The notes beneath the pieces were generated by a model. The model made no database searches, was not told the origin of the DNA, and worked only from the letters and a program-made list of their open reading frames with translations. A stretch of 64,000 nucleotides of DNA, taken from NCBI RefSeq assembly GCF_963921235.1, contig NC_086097.1, forward strand, positions 115,198,001 through 115,262,000. Direction: 5' to 3'. The stretch comes from Mobula hypostoma. Its lineage: Eukaryota. Shown here piece after piece: positions 24,830 to 36,870 of this stretch. Positions within the stretch are counted from its first letter, which is position 1. Every line of letters starts with the position of its first letter. Both the position numbers and the translations under genes were made by a program.

Positions 24830-25280
24830 TAGTTTGAGGGTTGTTTGATGGCTCTTGACCTTTACTTGGAGTTTAGAAGAACAATGAGGGATCTCATTGA
24901 AATTTATCACATATTGATAGGGCCAGATAGAGTGGGCATGGAAAGGATGTTTCCTAACACAGGAGAGTCTAAGATAAGAGGGCAAAGCATCAAAATTGAA
25001 GGACATCCCTTTATAACAGAGAAAAGGAAGAATTTATTTAGCTAGAAGGTGGTGAATCTGTTGAATTCATTGCCACAGGAGACTGTGGAGGATGAGTCAT
25101 TTGGTATATTTGAAGTGGAGATATATCCGTCCTTGATTAGTAAGAGCACCAGACGCTAGTGGGATAAGGCAGGGGAATGGGGATGAGAGGGATAATAAAT
25201 CAACCTTGTTGGAATGGCAGAACAGAGTTGATAGGCTGAAGAGCCCAAGCCTCCTCTTGTATCTAATGGGCTTATGGTCT
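24830..25280 (+). mobile_element. Old CR1 3' fragment
   Basis: LEFRRTMRDLIE..ERMFP motif, CR1 3'UTR and ttatggtc tail. Confidence 0.75.
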
Positions 25281-25662
25281 TAACTTAAAGACCACATGGA
25301 CTACGCCCTGATATCGCTTCACCTTTGTTTAGCTGTCCATTGTGAAAATCTGCTGCTCCTTTGACTTCTTCTCATTCACATTTTCAGTCTCACATCCTCA
25401 TGTGGTTTCTCAGGTTAAGACTGAGCTCTCCTATTTGCAACGTTATCCAGGATTCCAGAGAGCACGGTAAAGTATGTGGCGTGTCTTGCAATGTGCTTTT
25501 GAGATCAGTGGTCTGGAACAGAATCTTATTTTCAGGAAGCTGATTCTTTTCTCTGATAGATTCCTGACAGAGCTGCAATTTTTCACTGCACTGGTGCTTC
25601 CCAGGTGTTGAGGGATACTATAGGTGCTAGAATCAGAAATACAATGGGGTACTCCATATTAT

Positions 25663-26077
25663 AAAAGATGCTGGTGAACGCAGCAGGCCAGGCAGCATCT
25701 CTAGTAGGAGGTACAGTCGACGTTTTGGGCCGAGACCCTTCATTAGGACTAACTGAAAGAAGAGCTAGTAAGAGATACGAAAGTGGGAGTGGGAGGAGGA
25801 GATCCAAAATGATAGGAGAAGACAGGAGGGGGAGGGATGGAGCCAAGAGCTGGACAGGTGATTGGCAAAAGGGATATGAGAGGATCATGGGCCAGGAGGC
25901 CCAGGGAGAAAGACAAGGGGGAGGGGGAATCCCAGAGAATGGGCAAGGGGTATAGGGAGAGGGACAGAGGGAGAAAAAGGAAGTGTGTATATAAATAACG
26001 GATGGGGTACGAGGGGGAGGTGGGGCATTAGCGGAAATTTGAAAAGTCAATGTTCATGCAGATTTCCTCGTGTTTGC
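25663..26077 (-). mobile_element. 5'-truncated Penelope-like element
   Basis: Minus strand MNIDFSNFR* (PLE GIY-YIG C-terminus), 3'UTR, hammerhead motif 25714-25750; short inverted terminal piece 26057-26077; 14-bp TSD gtactccatattat 25649-25662 / 26078-26091. Confidence 0.88.
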
Positions 26078-26098
26078 GTACTCCATATTATGAAGGGT

Positions 26099-26359
26099 TT
26101 ATTTCTGAAGGGAGTACTGGTTGTTAAAGAGCATTGTCAAAAATGAGCTCCCTAAGAATGGAGGAGTTTGGTACATATTTGTTCTTGTGCATGAGAATTC
26201 TTCACACGGTCCACCATAGATTGCAGGCTGAGCAAATGAAAGCCCTCCTGCTTCACGAAGAATCTCAGTTTTTATAAGGAACTTGATTTCGTCCATGATG
26301 CAGTTGATCAGGGCCTGACGTTTGGGAAAGGTGGCAGTGCAAGCAAATCCACAAGCATA
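26099..26359 (-). CDS. Candidate terminal coding exon of an unidentified gene (86 aa + stop)
   Basis: Acceptor ctctaattttctttcag then phase-0 open frame YACGFACTATFPKRQALINCIMDEIKFLIK...NNQYSLQK*; non-repetitive sequence; no family recognised. Confidence 0.3.
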   Translation of the reverse strand, partial: YACGFACTATFPKRQALINCIMDEIKFLIKTEILREAGGLSFAQPAIYGGPCEEFSCTRTNMYQTPPFLGSSFLTMLFNNQYSLQK

Positions 26360-26669
26360 CTGAAAGAAAATTAGAGGAAATTACTTCTCCAAGAGCACTT
26401 CATAACTCTTGAAAGCTACACTAAGCCACAAACTAATCTCAGATCAGTGAAGGAGACCTTCTACTTTGGTGTTCCTAACTTTGAGTAAAGTGGGTGCTCA
26501 GGTGCGAGTAGTGACTGGTGTTGCCCAGTTATATTTCTGGAGTGGCATGACACAACCCAGAAAAAAATTACAATCCTATTCCACACTGTGTGGAACTATA
26601 AAAACCAACATTTGTCAAATTAATTCTAGATGCAGGTTCAGATTTGTTTATCACATGTACTGTACATTG

Positions 26670-27046
26670 TGGGTGGGGGGTGGAGATACATCACTACCAA
26701 AGGAGGTGTGAGGTGTTCTTTCCATCTGTTAGTCTGCAATTCACCCTTAGGCAGGGTTTGGCATCTGCTTAGCCCCCGATCAGGGTCATATGAAGCCATG
26801 GGAGCAGGTGGTGGATGGTCACATGAGCAGCTGGTGCTTATCACAAGTCCTAGATGTACGACCACTGACACCCGGGGGACAATCTGAAGAGTATTGATAA
26901 TACTGGGGTCACCCATCTTGTAAAGATACTGTGCAGAAGAAGGCAATGGCAAACCACTTCTGTAGAAAAATTTACAAAGAACAATCGTGGTCATGGGACC
27001 ATGACTGGCTATGTCATTGACACAGCACATAATGATGATGATGATG
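26670..27046 (+). mobile_element. Non-autonomous retroposon with RTE/BovB-type 3' tail
   Basis: gaaggcaatggcaaaccact motif, (ATG)n tail, 11-bp TSD actgtaCattg 26659-26669 / actgtaTattg 27047-27057. Confidence 0.75.
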
Positions 27047-27507
27047 ACTGTATATTGAAACATACAGTGAAATGTGTTATTTGCATTAACTGCTAACACA
27101 TCCAAGGATGTGCTGGGGGCAGCTGGCAAGTGTCACCACACATTCTGGCACCAAAATAGCATGCCCACAATGTTCAACAGAACAACACAGAACTGAAGTG
27201 ACAAAATAACAAAGCCTTGTTTGTCCATCCCACCCACCCATGCACACATAGTCCTCCAAACCCAGGACATGCCGTCTTCAACATCCAGCCCTCCTTCCAC
27301 CCCATGGATTTGGACCTGCTGATGTTGGGCCTTTGACTTCCCCAGCAAATTTGCAGAGATTCGCTGACTCAGAGCTCTGGCCAGTTAAGTAAGTTAAAAG
27401 AAAAAAAAACAATTGCTGGAGTATAGAGGATCTCAGATGCTTGGAGAAGGAAACCAAAAGCTTAAACCTATTTTCACAATCAGCCTCTTTTGTATGAAAT
27501 TTCTACC

Positions 27508-28405
27508 ATAGTCATAGTCATAGTTATACTTTATTGATCCCGGGGGAAATTGGTTTTCATTACAGTTCCTGTAAATAATAAATAGTAATAAAACCATAAA
27601 TAGTTAAATAGTAATATGTAAATTATGCCAGGAAATAAGTCCAGGACCAGCCTATTGGCTCAGGGTGTCTGACCCTCCAAGGGAGGAGTTGTGAAGTTTG
27701 ATGGCCACAGGCAGGAATGACTTGCTATGACGCTCAGTGTTGCATCTTGGTGGAATGAGTCTCTGGCTGAATGTACTCCTGTGCCCACCCAGTACATTAT
27801 GTAGTGGATGGGAGACCTTGTCCAAGATGACATGCAACTTGGACAGCATCCTCTTTTCAGACACCAGAGAGTCCAGTTCCATCCCCACAACATCACTGGC
27901 CTTACGAATGAGTTTGTTGATTCTGTTGGTGTCTGCTACCCTCAGCCTGCTGCCCCAGCACACAACAGCAAACATGATAGCACTGGCCACCACAGACTCG
28001 TAGAACATCCTCAGCATCCTCCGGCAGATGTTAAAGGACCTTAGTCTCCTCAGAAAATAGAGACGGCTCTGACCCTTCTTGTAGACAGCCTCAGTGTTCT
28101 TTGACCAGTCCAGTTTATTGTCAATTTGTAATCCTCCACCATGTCCACACTGACCACCTGGATGGAAACAGGGGTCACCGGTACCTTAGCTCTCCTGAGG
28201 TCTACCACCAGCTCCTTAGACTTTTTCACATTAAGCTGCAGATATTTCTGCTCACACCATGTGACAAAGTTTCCTACCGTAGCCGGAGCAGCTCCAGAAC
28301 AAGTCTCTCCAGGGTCTTCATGATGTGGGAGGTCAATGCCACCGGCCTGTAGTCACTGAGGCTGCTGGGGCGCGGCGTCTTTGGCACAGGGACGAGACAG
28401 GACTT
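27508..28405 (-). mobile_element. Rex1/Babar LINE copy with internal deletions
   Basis: ORF 27652-28017 nearly identical to 1297-1668; KSCLVPVPK..DYRPVALTSHIMKTLERL at 28281-28405; (GACTAT)n tail. Confidence 0.88.
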
Positions 28406-28639
28406 AAGCCACTTAAGCCAGGGCTGTAATTACACAGCTCCATTTGGCTGTGAGTAGGGGAAACATATTTCCTGCTTCTGCCTCAGTACATATGGTAACA
28501 TTAAGGTCAGTATACTGAATAAGGTTGGCAATGTTCCTGACAGAATAATAACCAAGTATCCCACTGTGGCCTGATAAATGTATTATACAAGTGTAAGTAA
28601 AAAGGAGCATATTTCAAATACATTAGCACCAGTGATATT

Positions 28640-28890
28640 GTACAAGCTGGAGATCTTGAACAACACACACAAAATGCCGAAGGAACTCCACGAGTAAGGT
28701 TGTAACAATGAGAGATATTAAACAGTCAACATTTCAAGCTGAGACCTTCATCAAGATTGTTAATAAATCTGATAAATGCTGTCAGCCTGGTGTGTATCAA
28801 TGAAGGATCTTGGCTGGAAATGTCGACTGTTTATTCCCTTCCATAGATGCTGCCTGGTTTGCTGAGTTTCTCCAGAATTTTGTGCGCTCT
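28640..28890. repeat. Decayed palindromic Penelope-like terminal repeat pair
   Basis: caacacacacacaaaatgc... left arm and ...gatgctgcctggtttgctgagtttctccag right arm with decayed hammerhead motifs. Confidence 0.7.
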
Positions 28891-29579
28891 GCTTTACATG
28901 CAATATTTCCTTCTTCCCTACCATCTTCCAATGAGGAATTTGATGTGAAGGAAAGTGAATCCAGTCTCTGATACCATGTCCACAGGTCTGTTCAGTTGGA
29001 ATAGAGGACAACAACAGAAATCCATGAGAGTACACAATGGTCTTGGTGTTGCCATGCTGAGGTAGTGACTAGGGTTGTGCAGGTTTGTTCAGGAATTGGT
29101 TGGCTAAAGGGAAGTAGTGGTGTTGGACTTCAGGCTTCTGTACCTCCTTCTAAATAGTGGGGATCTTTGATGATTCATGTTACCTTTTTGAGGTAACATC
29201 TCATGGTGTTCCTACCGATGGTGGGGAGAGATGTGATGGTAATGTATAGGGTACATTATCTGGGAGTCGGAAACAGAAATGCAAACAAATCTTTTGCATG
29301 CACCTAAAAGTTCTTAGAATCTCTTTTCAAATTCCTTATCCATTTTAAACTCACATCCTATTTTTTTCCCATTCTTGATTATTATATGCAGTCTTGAGCT
29401 TTTTTCATTCTCTTTTAGCAGCTCGAATTATTTATTTTACCCTAATTAGCATCTCCATTTATCCACTAGAGTACTGTATTTGTTGTCCAGCTGAGTTTTT
29501 AATATCTTAGGTAATCTGTTGTAACTACCTTTGGATTACCTTGATATATTGGCAAAACAGACTAACAAGACATACTGCT

Positions 29580-30650
29580 TGTTCACCATTATGTCTCTTA
29601 GTGGATTTCAGGATTGCTTAATGTCATTTCCAATACACAAGTATAAAGGAGGACAAAATAATTGTTACTGCAGATCTAATGCAGCACAAAATACATAATA
29701 AGATAGAGGATGCAATAATAAGAAAACAATAAATATAAATACATAAGATAGCTTAGATAGATACATCGATAGCTACTTTATTGATCCCAAAGGAAATTAC
29801 AGTGTCACAGTAGTATTACAAGTGCACAGATATACAAATATACAGATATTAGAAGAGTAGAAAGATTAACAAATAAGTTACTTCAAACAGTCGAAGAAGA
29901 GGCAGTCATCACTTCGCTGGCTCTAGGTTGACTCATTACCGAGCCTGATATCCGAAGGTAAGAATGACCTCATATAGTGCTCTTAGGAGCAACACAGTTG
30001 TCTTAGTCTATTAGTAAAAGTGCTGTTCAGCCAAAATGGCATGCAGATGGTGAAAACCATTGTCCAGAATTACCAGAATTTTCCACAGGGTCCTTGATTC
30101 TATCACAGTCTCCTGTGTGTTCAGTTTGACTCCTATAACAGAGCCAGACTTTCTAATCAGTTTATTGAGCCTGTTGGCATCACCTGTGTTGAAGCCATTG
30201 CCCCAGCACACCACCACACCACCACATAGAAGATTGCATTGGCAACAACAGACTGGTAGAACAAGTGAAAGAGAGGCCAGGGTTCTCCAAAGGACTTCAG
30301 TCTCCTCAGGAAGTAGAGCTTGTAACATAGATTGATTGTATGTCCATAAAGAGATGCTTGGTATAAGGTGACTGACAGGAAATGATAAAGCAGTGTTGGT
30401 TGGGGTGTAGAAGGGTGGGTGGAGGTATTGATCATTCTTAATGCTTGAGGAAAATAACTGTTTTTGAGTCTGCTGGTCCTGGTATGGATGCTACGTAGCC
30501 TCCTCCCTGATGGGAGTGGGACAAACAGTCCTTGACCAAGGAGGGTAGGAACCTCCATGAGTTTACTGGCCATTTTCCAGCACCTTTCTGTATATACTGT
30601 ATGTTCTTGACAGCGGGTGGGCTGGCATTGATGATGCATTGGGCAGTGCT
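29580..30650 (-). mobile_element. Two nested Rex1/Babar-like LINE 3' fragments
   Basis: LPSGRRLRSI..RLKNSYFPQA (30330-30650) and YFLRRLKSF..FYQSVVA..DANRLNKLIRK (29766-30325). Confidence 0.72.
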
Positions 30651-31242
30651 GAATCGTTATTTCCATCACAGGACAGTTTACGCACCATGCTGATCGACAT
30701 CAGTTAAATTTGGTGTAGTTTATATTTAGACATAGTTTCATATTGCACTGTGTTGTTGCTGATTAACTGGACTGTGAAAACTCACACTCATTCCTCAATC
30801 ACACTTTATTTACTTGTGTACAATGAGAATAGCCTGGCCCCTGGCACCACCCTGTACTGCAGTTTGAACAGAGAAATGCCACTTTTATATGCCAAATATC
30901 TCCAGATCCCTGCTGTGAGATCTGTCTTGCCTGGGCTGTCTGCATGCTATCTGAACTATATCCTTGCCTGGACACTACGTTAACCCTAGCCTTGCCACAA
31001 TTTCCACAATTTCAACACATTCATTATGACAGAAATACACAATAACACCATTCTTCTCTGGAATATTTTACCATAATACTGTTTATAACACTGGATTCAG
31101 CTAAATTGTTTCCTAGTTTGTTCTTTGAGATACCTTTCAACAAAAATATCATTACTACATTTCATCAAATCGGCCAATTTAGTTTGTCTATTTCATATGA
31201 GGATTTGCTTTTTTCATGTATATGATGAACTTTTAATTAAAC

Positions 31243-31322
31243 CAGGGGTTCCCAACCTTTTTTATGCCATGGAACAATACCATTAAGCAAGCAATCCATG
31301 GACCTCAGGTTGGGAGTCCCTG
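31243..31322. mobile_element. 80-bp hAT (Charlie-type) MITE
   Basis: TIR CAGGGGTTCCCAAC / GTTGGGAGTCCCTG; 8-bp TSD AATTAAAC / AATTAAAT. Confidence 0.82.
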
Positions 31323-32303
31323 AATTAAATGCATCACAATGCAGCAATATTTTCAGAGAGCTTTTACGTGTTCTTTTTGCACTCTTGTTGGAGAAATGAA
31401 ATCCTGAGACACTCTGCTATTATTTCAGTGCCTAGCAGCATAAATTATATCTTTACTTATCCATAATATTTATCTGATTTGTAGCTTTCTGCTTTTTGTA
31501 TTGTTCATCAACTAGTATTATGATAGCCTAGACATGTATGAGAGGGGATTTCTTGCTATCACTTTGGAGGGTAATAATTAAGTTGAAAAGTAAGAAAGGA
31601 GAACAGAGTGGGGATCTATTGAACTCATCCTCCCGTCCTCTTGATTTTGTTATGCCCATCCATTCGTATAATTAAATTTGTGCAAATTAGAATGCTGAAT
31701 ACCTTTAGCTTCTGGTCTCTTGCCATAACTTTGGTAAAGAATCTACGAAACTCCAGAGAAATATAGACTGATAGACTACGTACTCTGCAATCTGTCTTTG
31801 TGCCATTAGCTAAAAGGCTGCAATTACCCAGTCCTGCTGTTCAGACTAGACACAATTGACTTCCAATTGGGAATTTATTTATAAGTCAGCTTCCTGCAAG
31901 ACGATAAGGAACAAAAAGTACTACTTAATATGCAGTTGTTGAATTCTCTGCATTATCAGGGGCTGATGTGACTACCACATGTATGCTGTTGATGGCGGAC
32001 TGCCTTGATGGGAAGTTAACCAGAGACTGAGGACCAAGAATCCAGCTATTCTGACTGACCTCCATGCAGGAAAAATAAACTGATATAATTACCAGCCCTT
32101 GCAATTAAACCAATTGCATCAATTACAATATTTTGTGGGTGCCTGGTGGAGTCAGGAAAGGATCTTGAGACAAAGAAGTTGACATTATGGTTACTTTCAC
32201 CATATCTGGCGAAGTGTGGCAGGTCCAGCAGTGAGCTGAGTTTGTTCCAGCTGGTTGGTGACTGCTATGTCTAGTGGTTGGCACACTGTTTTACAGTACA
32301 AGT

Positions 32304-32437
32304 AAAAAACACGAGGAAATCTGCAGATGCTGGAATTTCAAGCAACACACACAAAAAATGCTGGTGAATGCAGCAGGCCAGGCAGCAACTACAGGAAGAG
32401 GCACAGTCGACATTTCGAGCCGAGACCCTTCGTCAGG
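32304..32437 (-). repeat. Isolated Penelope-like terminal repeat inserted in a V-SINE
   Basis: 11-bp TSD acagtacaagt 32293-32303 / 32438-32448. Confidence 0.85.
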
Positions 32438-32441
32438 ACAG
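32404..32441 (-). ncRNA. Minimal type I hammerhead ribozyme motif (best-preserved core in the window)
   Basis: Minus strand CTGTC-CTGACGA-A-GGGT(CTCG)GCTC-GAAA-T-GTC-GACTG: CUGANGA and GAAA boxes, GUC triplet, stems I and II. Confidence 0.7.
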
Positions 32442-33344
32442 TACAAGTGACCTGGTTTAATTCCCGTTGTTGTCTGTAAGGAGGTTGTGTGTTCTCCCCA
32501 TGACCACGTGGATTTCCTCCCACAGTCCAAAGACGTACTGTTTGGTAGGCCAATTGGTCATTGTAAATTGTGCTGTGATTAGGCTAGGGTTAAATCCGGG
32601 ATTGCTGGGCAGCGTGGCTCGAAGGGCTGGAACAGCCTATTTCATGCTGTATCTCAATAAATGAATAGTAGACAGGAACCGATGCATTCAGACATGTTAA
32701 GGAAAGTAATCCTGGACATTCAGTGTGATCTCTTGCATTCAGCACCATTCTGCTGTATCCCCTTCCTCCTGCTTGTGATTTGCTAATGTTTAAATCCTCT
32801 AGTTCTACACCACACTTTGAAATTAATTATGTAAACACAGTACATTTTAAATGTGTTTGTGATATATTTATGAGGCACTTCAAATGAAAGGATGCAAATA
32901 TAACTGACATTGCAAGTTGTATGTGGAAGCATACATTGACTATCTGTTAACAGCAGTTGATTAAAGTGCCTGAGCTATCAGAAGAGATTGGATAGCTTGT
33001 AGTGAAGGAGGCAGAGAGGTGACATGATAGATGTATATAAAATTATGTGAGGCACAGATAGGCTGGCTATAGCCAATGGTCTGTTTTCCATGGTTTTCAA
33101 TACTAGAGGACTAGAATATAAAAGCGAAGATATAATATTTATAAGAAATTAGTCAGACTGCATGGAGTATTGTGAACATTTTTGGGCCCCTTATCTAAGA
33201 AAGGATGTGTTGAATTGATTGTATGATAACTGTTTGATGTCTCTGTGCCTGTACTCGTCAGAGTTTAGAAGAATGAGGGGAGGAGCTCATTGAAACCTAT
33301 CGAATACTGAAAGGCCTAGATAAAGTAACAACAAATATAATAAT

Positions 33345-34205
33345 AACAAATTATCATTACAGAAGGAAAATTTAATCAATCTCTATGGAAGACATCCCCA
33401 TGATCTGTGCAGACTAGATGTTGACAGAAAGTGTCAAATGCCTGGCTCAGAGCTAGAGACCTCTTTGAAGAAACTGAGGGGTTCCTTGTGGCAATACAGG
33501 ATCAGGTGGTTAACACAACAAAGTATCAAAAATACATAATAAAAGACAACAAATTCAAGATGAGAAATGCAGAAAATGCCAAGAGAAGCTAGAAACAATC
33601 CGAATATTACAGGATCCTGCAGAAATTTAACTCAATTTGATTATTTACACAGAGGACAATCAAATGGCAAATTTTACTCACCAAAATCTTGCTTGAAAAT
33701 ACAAACTCATAAAAGAAAACATACCTTTCTATCAATACAAACCAGATCCAGTTTTAGAATCAGAGACCTACAAATATTATTACAGCTGATCCATTATTAT
33801 AGCTACGACAATCTGTAATAATCATTCGGATGCAATACTATAGAATAAACAAGCAAGAACAACTTACTTACTAGAATTAGCCATTCCAAATGCACATAGC
33901 TTATTGAAATTAATTTTTGAAAAACACTCGGAAATTGCTGAATTAAAAGAAGAAATTGAAAGACTATGGAACATGAACAGGATATACATTATCCCAACAG
34001 TAATATCTACAACTGGTATCATCCAAGGTCACGACACAATAACATCAAACAATTAGGCCTACACAGCAATATTATGTAAATCTTCAGAAAGCCAAAATGA
34101 TAATCATAAACTATGAACAGTCCACAACTTCCTAGCAATTGAGAAATGAGTATGCTTGGCTATGCCCGTACCTGAGGTTTTACCAGCTTGAGCTGAGAAA
34201 AAATA
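33345..34205 (+). mobile_element. R4/Dong-like (RLE-type) non-LTR retrotransposon 3' fragment
   Basis: AWL..RDLFEETEGFLVAIQDQVVNT, CRKC..ETI..ITGSC knuckle, DYLHR, YLLELAIP, ELKEEIERLWNM..IIPTVISTTG; many frameshifts. Confidence 0.78.
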
Positions 34206-34221
34206 AAAATGTAATCATGAT

Positions 34222-34650
34222 AACTTATTTATAGAGCACTTTTCATACAGACAATATAGTTCAAAGTGCTTTACAATGTGATAAAGTGCAAAAATAAAAA
34301 TAAAAGACAAAAAGATGTTACTTAAAAGCAATGTCAAGTAAATAGGGTTTGAGCTGGCATTTAAAAGTGTGAACTGAGTCTGCATCCCTTATAGTTTTAA
34401 GTATTGAGTTCCATAGTTTAGGAGTAAAGTTCAAGTAAACTGACTTGCCTATTATCTTTTGAGGGAGATTGGTTATATTTAAGAGACTAGTGAAGGAAGA
34501 CCTTATAGCTCAAGCAGGATTATAAACAGAAGTGATTTTATAATGTGCTTGAGTCACAGACACTGAGAGCTTTAAAATCATTTCTAAAAGATACAGGAAG
34601 CCAATGCAGAGTAGTTAGGATGGGAGCGATATGCCCCCTCATCCTGGTTT
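34222..34650 (-). mobile_element. L2-like LINE 3' end
   Basis: Minus strand HIAPILTTLHWLPVSFRNDFK; tgtaaagcactttga...gtgctctataaataa 3' end. Confidence 0.75.
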
Positions 34651-34659
34651 TATTTAAAA

Positions 34660-35000
34660 ATGAACATGGTGAGGATGTTTCCTACAATGGGGGACTCTAG
34701 GACCAGAGGGCACAGCCTCAGAATAGAAAGGCAACCCTTTAGAACAGAAATGAAGAGGAATTTCTTTAGCCAGAGGGTGGCAAATCTGTGGAATTCATTG
34801 CCATAGACAATCTTGGAGGCTAAATTGTTGGGTATATTTAAAGCAGAAGTTGATAGGGGCTTGATTAGTATGGGTGTCAAAGGTTGCAGAGAGAAGGCAA
34901 GAGTGGGATAATAATTCAGCCATGATGGAATGGCAGAACAGACTCGATAGGCTGAATGGCCTAATTCTGCTCTTATGTCTTATGGTCATATGATCTTATT
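34660..35000 (+). mobile_element. CR1 3' fragment
   Basis: RMFP..SRTRGHSLRI motif, CR1 3'UTR, tcttatgg tail. Confidence 0.78.
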
Positions 35001-35680
35001 GACATAGGTTCACGGTGAGAGTAAGGAGATTTAAAGTGGATTTGAAGTAACTTTCATCAATGCACATACAAGAGAAAATCTGCAGATGCTGGAAGTCTGA
35101 GCAACACACACAAAATGCTGGAGGAACTCAGCAGACCAGGCAGCATCTATGGAAAAAAAACACAATCAATGGTTTGGGCAGAAACTTACTTCAGTGAGTG
35201 GCTGGTATCTGGAATAAGCTGCCAGAGGAAGTAGTAGATGTAGAAGCAAAAACAACACAAGAGGTACAGTGTATGGACAGGTACTTGAATGAGCAGCACA
35301 TAAGGAATTAATGCAGGTGAGGGGTTAATATTGCTAGCCATGATGTTTGGCAGAGATACAGTGGGTTGAAAGGACTTTTCTTATATTTTACATTTCCATG
35401 ACTCAAGAAGCTATGCTAGAACTTTGCAAATCCACATTAAGGATTCTCGGACAGAGCAGCTTAACAAACACAGGTGATGAGCTCCATTTGACTGACGCAA
35501 CTGGTTTTGATATACCTTCTCCTGTCAGTAGGTACGAGGAACTTATCCCCATAACACTCCCCCCACCTAGGCTATGACAAATTTAAAGAACCAGAGCAGA
35601 TGAATTCTCCTGAATTCACAGTCAGATCCTGAATTGTCCTGACTTCTAGAGTCAGATCTTGCAGGAGTGAACACTTCGAG

Positions 35681-36203
35681 TCTCAGTAGCCAGTTTATTA
35701 GGTACACCTGTATACTTGCTTGTTAATGCAAATATCTAATCAGCCAATCATGTGGCAGCAACTCAATGCATAAGAGCATGCAGATATGGTCAAGAAGTTC
35801 AGACCAAACATCAGAATGGGAAATAATTGTGACCTAAGTGACTTTGACCATGGAATGATTGTTGATGCCAGACAGGGTGGTTTGAGTAATCTCAGAAACT
35901 GCTGACCTCCTAAGATTTTCATACACAACAGTCTCTAGAGTTCACAGAGAATGGCATGAAAAACAAAACAAAAAAAAAATCCAGTGACAGTTCTGTGAGC
36001 AAAATGCATTGTTAATGAGAGAGGTCAGAAGAAAATAGACAGGCTGGTTCAAGCTGACAGGAAAGTGACAGTAACTCAAGTAACCACACGTTACAACAGT
36101 AGGATGCAGAAGAGCATCTCTGAATGCACAACATGTCGAACCTTGAAGTGGATGGGCTACAGCAGCAGAAGACTATGAAAATTCTCTCAGTGGTCACTGA
36201 GAG
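35681..36203 (+). mobile_element. Tc1-derived non-autonomous element
   Basis: MGNNCDLSDFDHGMIVDARQGGLS N-terminal transposase remnant; TIR-like ends. Confidence 0.78.
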
Positions 36204-36299
36204 TATATGCAAAGGATAGAAAAATTTGAGAAATATTTGAGAAAGTGGTAAATGTGAAGTTGCATCACGGATCAGTAATGATGTCACTAAGTCTTGGGA

Positions 36300-36870
36300 A
36301 GCTAAGTGGTCATGGATATTGTGTCCTCCTAGCAAGCCAGTATGCAGTCCAGGGCAGTATGACCTGGAAAGCAAGCTGTTACCTATGCAGAAGGCTGACC
36401 CACTCCATTAGCTGATGAATCCAAAGGAATGGCAAAGACCGATAGAGTTTGGTACCAGTGACATCATTGCCGGAGTTGCTAGTCAGTGTTGAACTCAACG
36501 TAGGACTGCCTTAGGGACTACAGCTCCCGATCCTTCTTTGGAATTTACGCTGAAAGCCTTCCCCATTAATGGGTATAAATGCAAGGGAGCGTAGATTTGA
36601 GATCGGAGTTTTACATCTCCTAGATGAGCTGCCAACCATGGCTGATGAGCCCCATCTGTCAAAAGAGACTGGTTTTAAGGTGTGAGCAACCCGTCATTGC
36701 CCCTTCTCATGTCAGTAGAGGTGGTTCTGCTGAATTTCACCACACGTGAAAGCCAGGAGCTGGACTTAGTTGTCAGAGGCTATTTGAGATGCACGCCATT
36801 GGAAGCATTTAATAGGTAGTGAGAGTTTATCTCCACTACCTCTCCCCTCCCCCTTGGCTATTAACGGAAC
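36300..36870 (-). mobile_element. Non-coding retroposon family H (degenerate copy)
   Basis: Colinear with 42423-42999 and the reverse complement of 51515-51942. Confidence 0.78.

Noticed and set aside
25390..25660. Continuation of the 26.1-kb exon across the PLE insertion
   Set aside because: Removing the insert still leaves the TAA and further stops in frame
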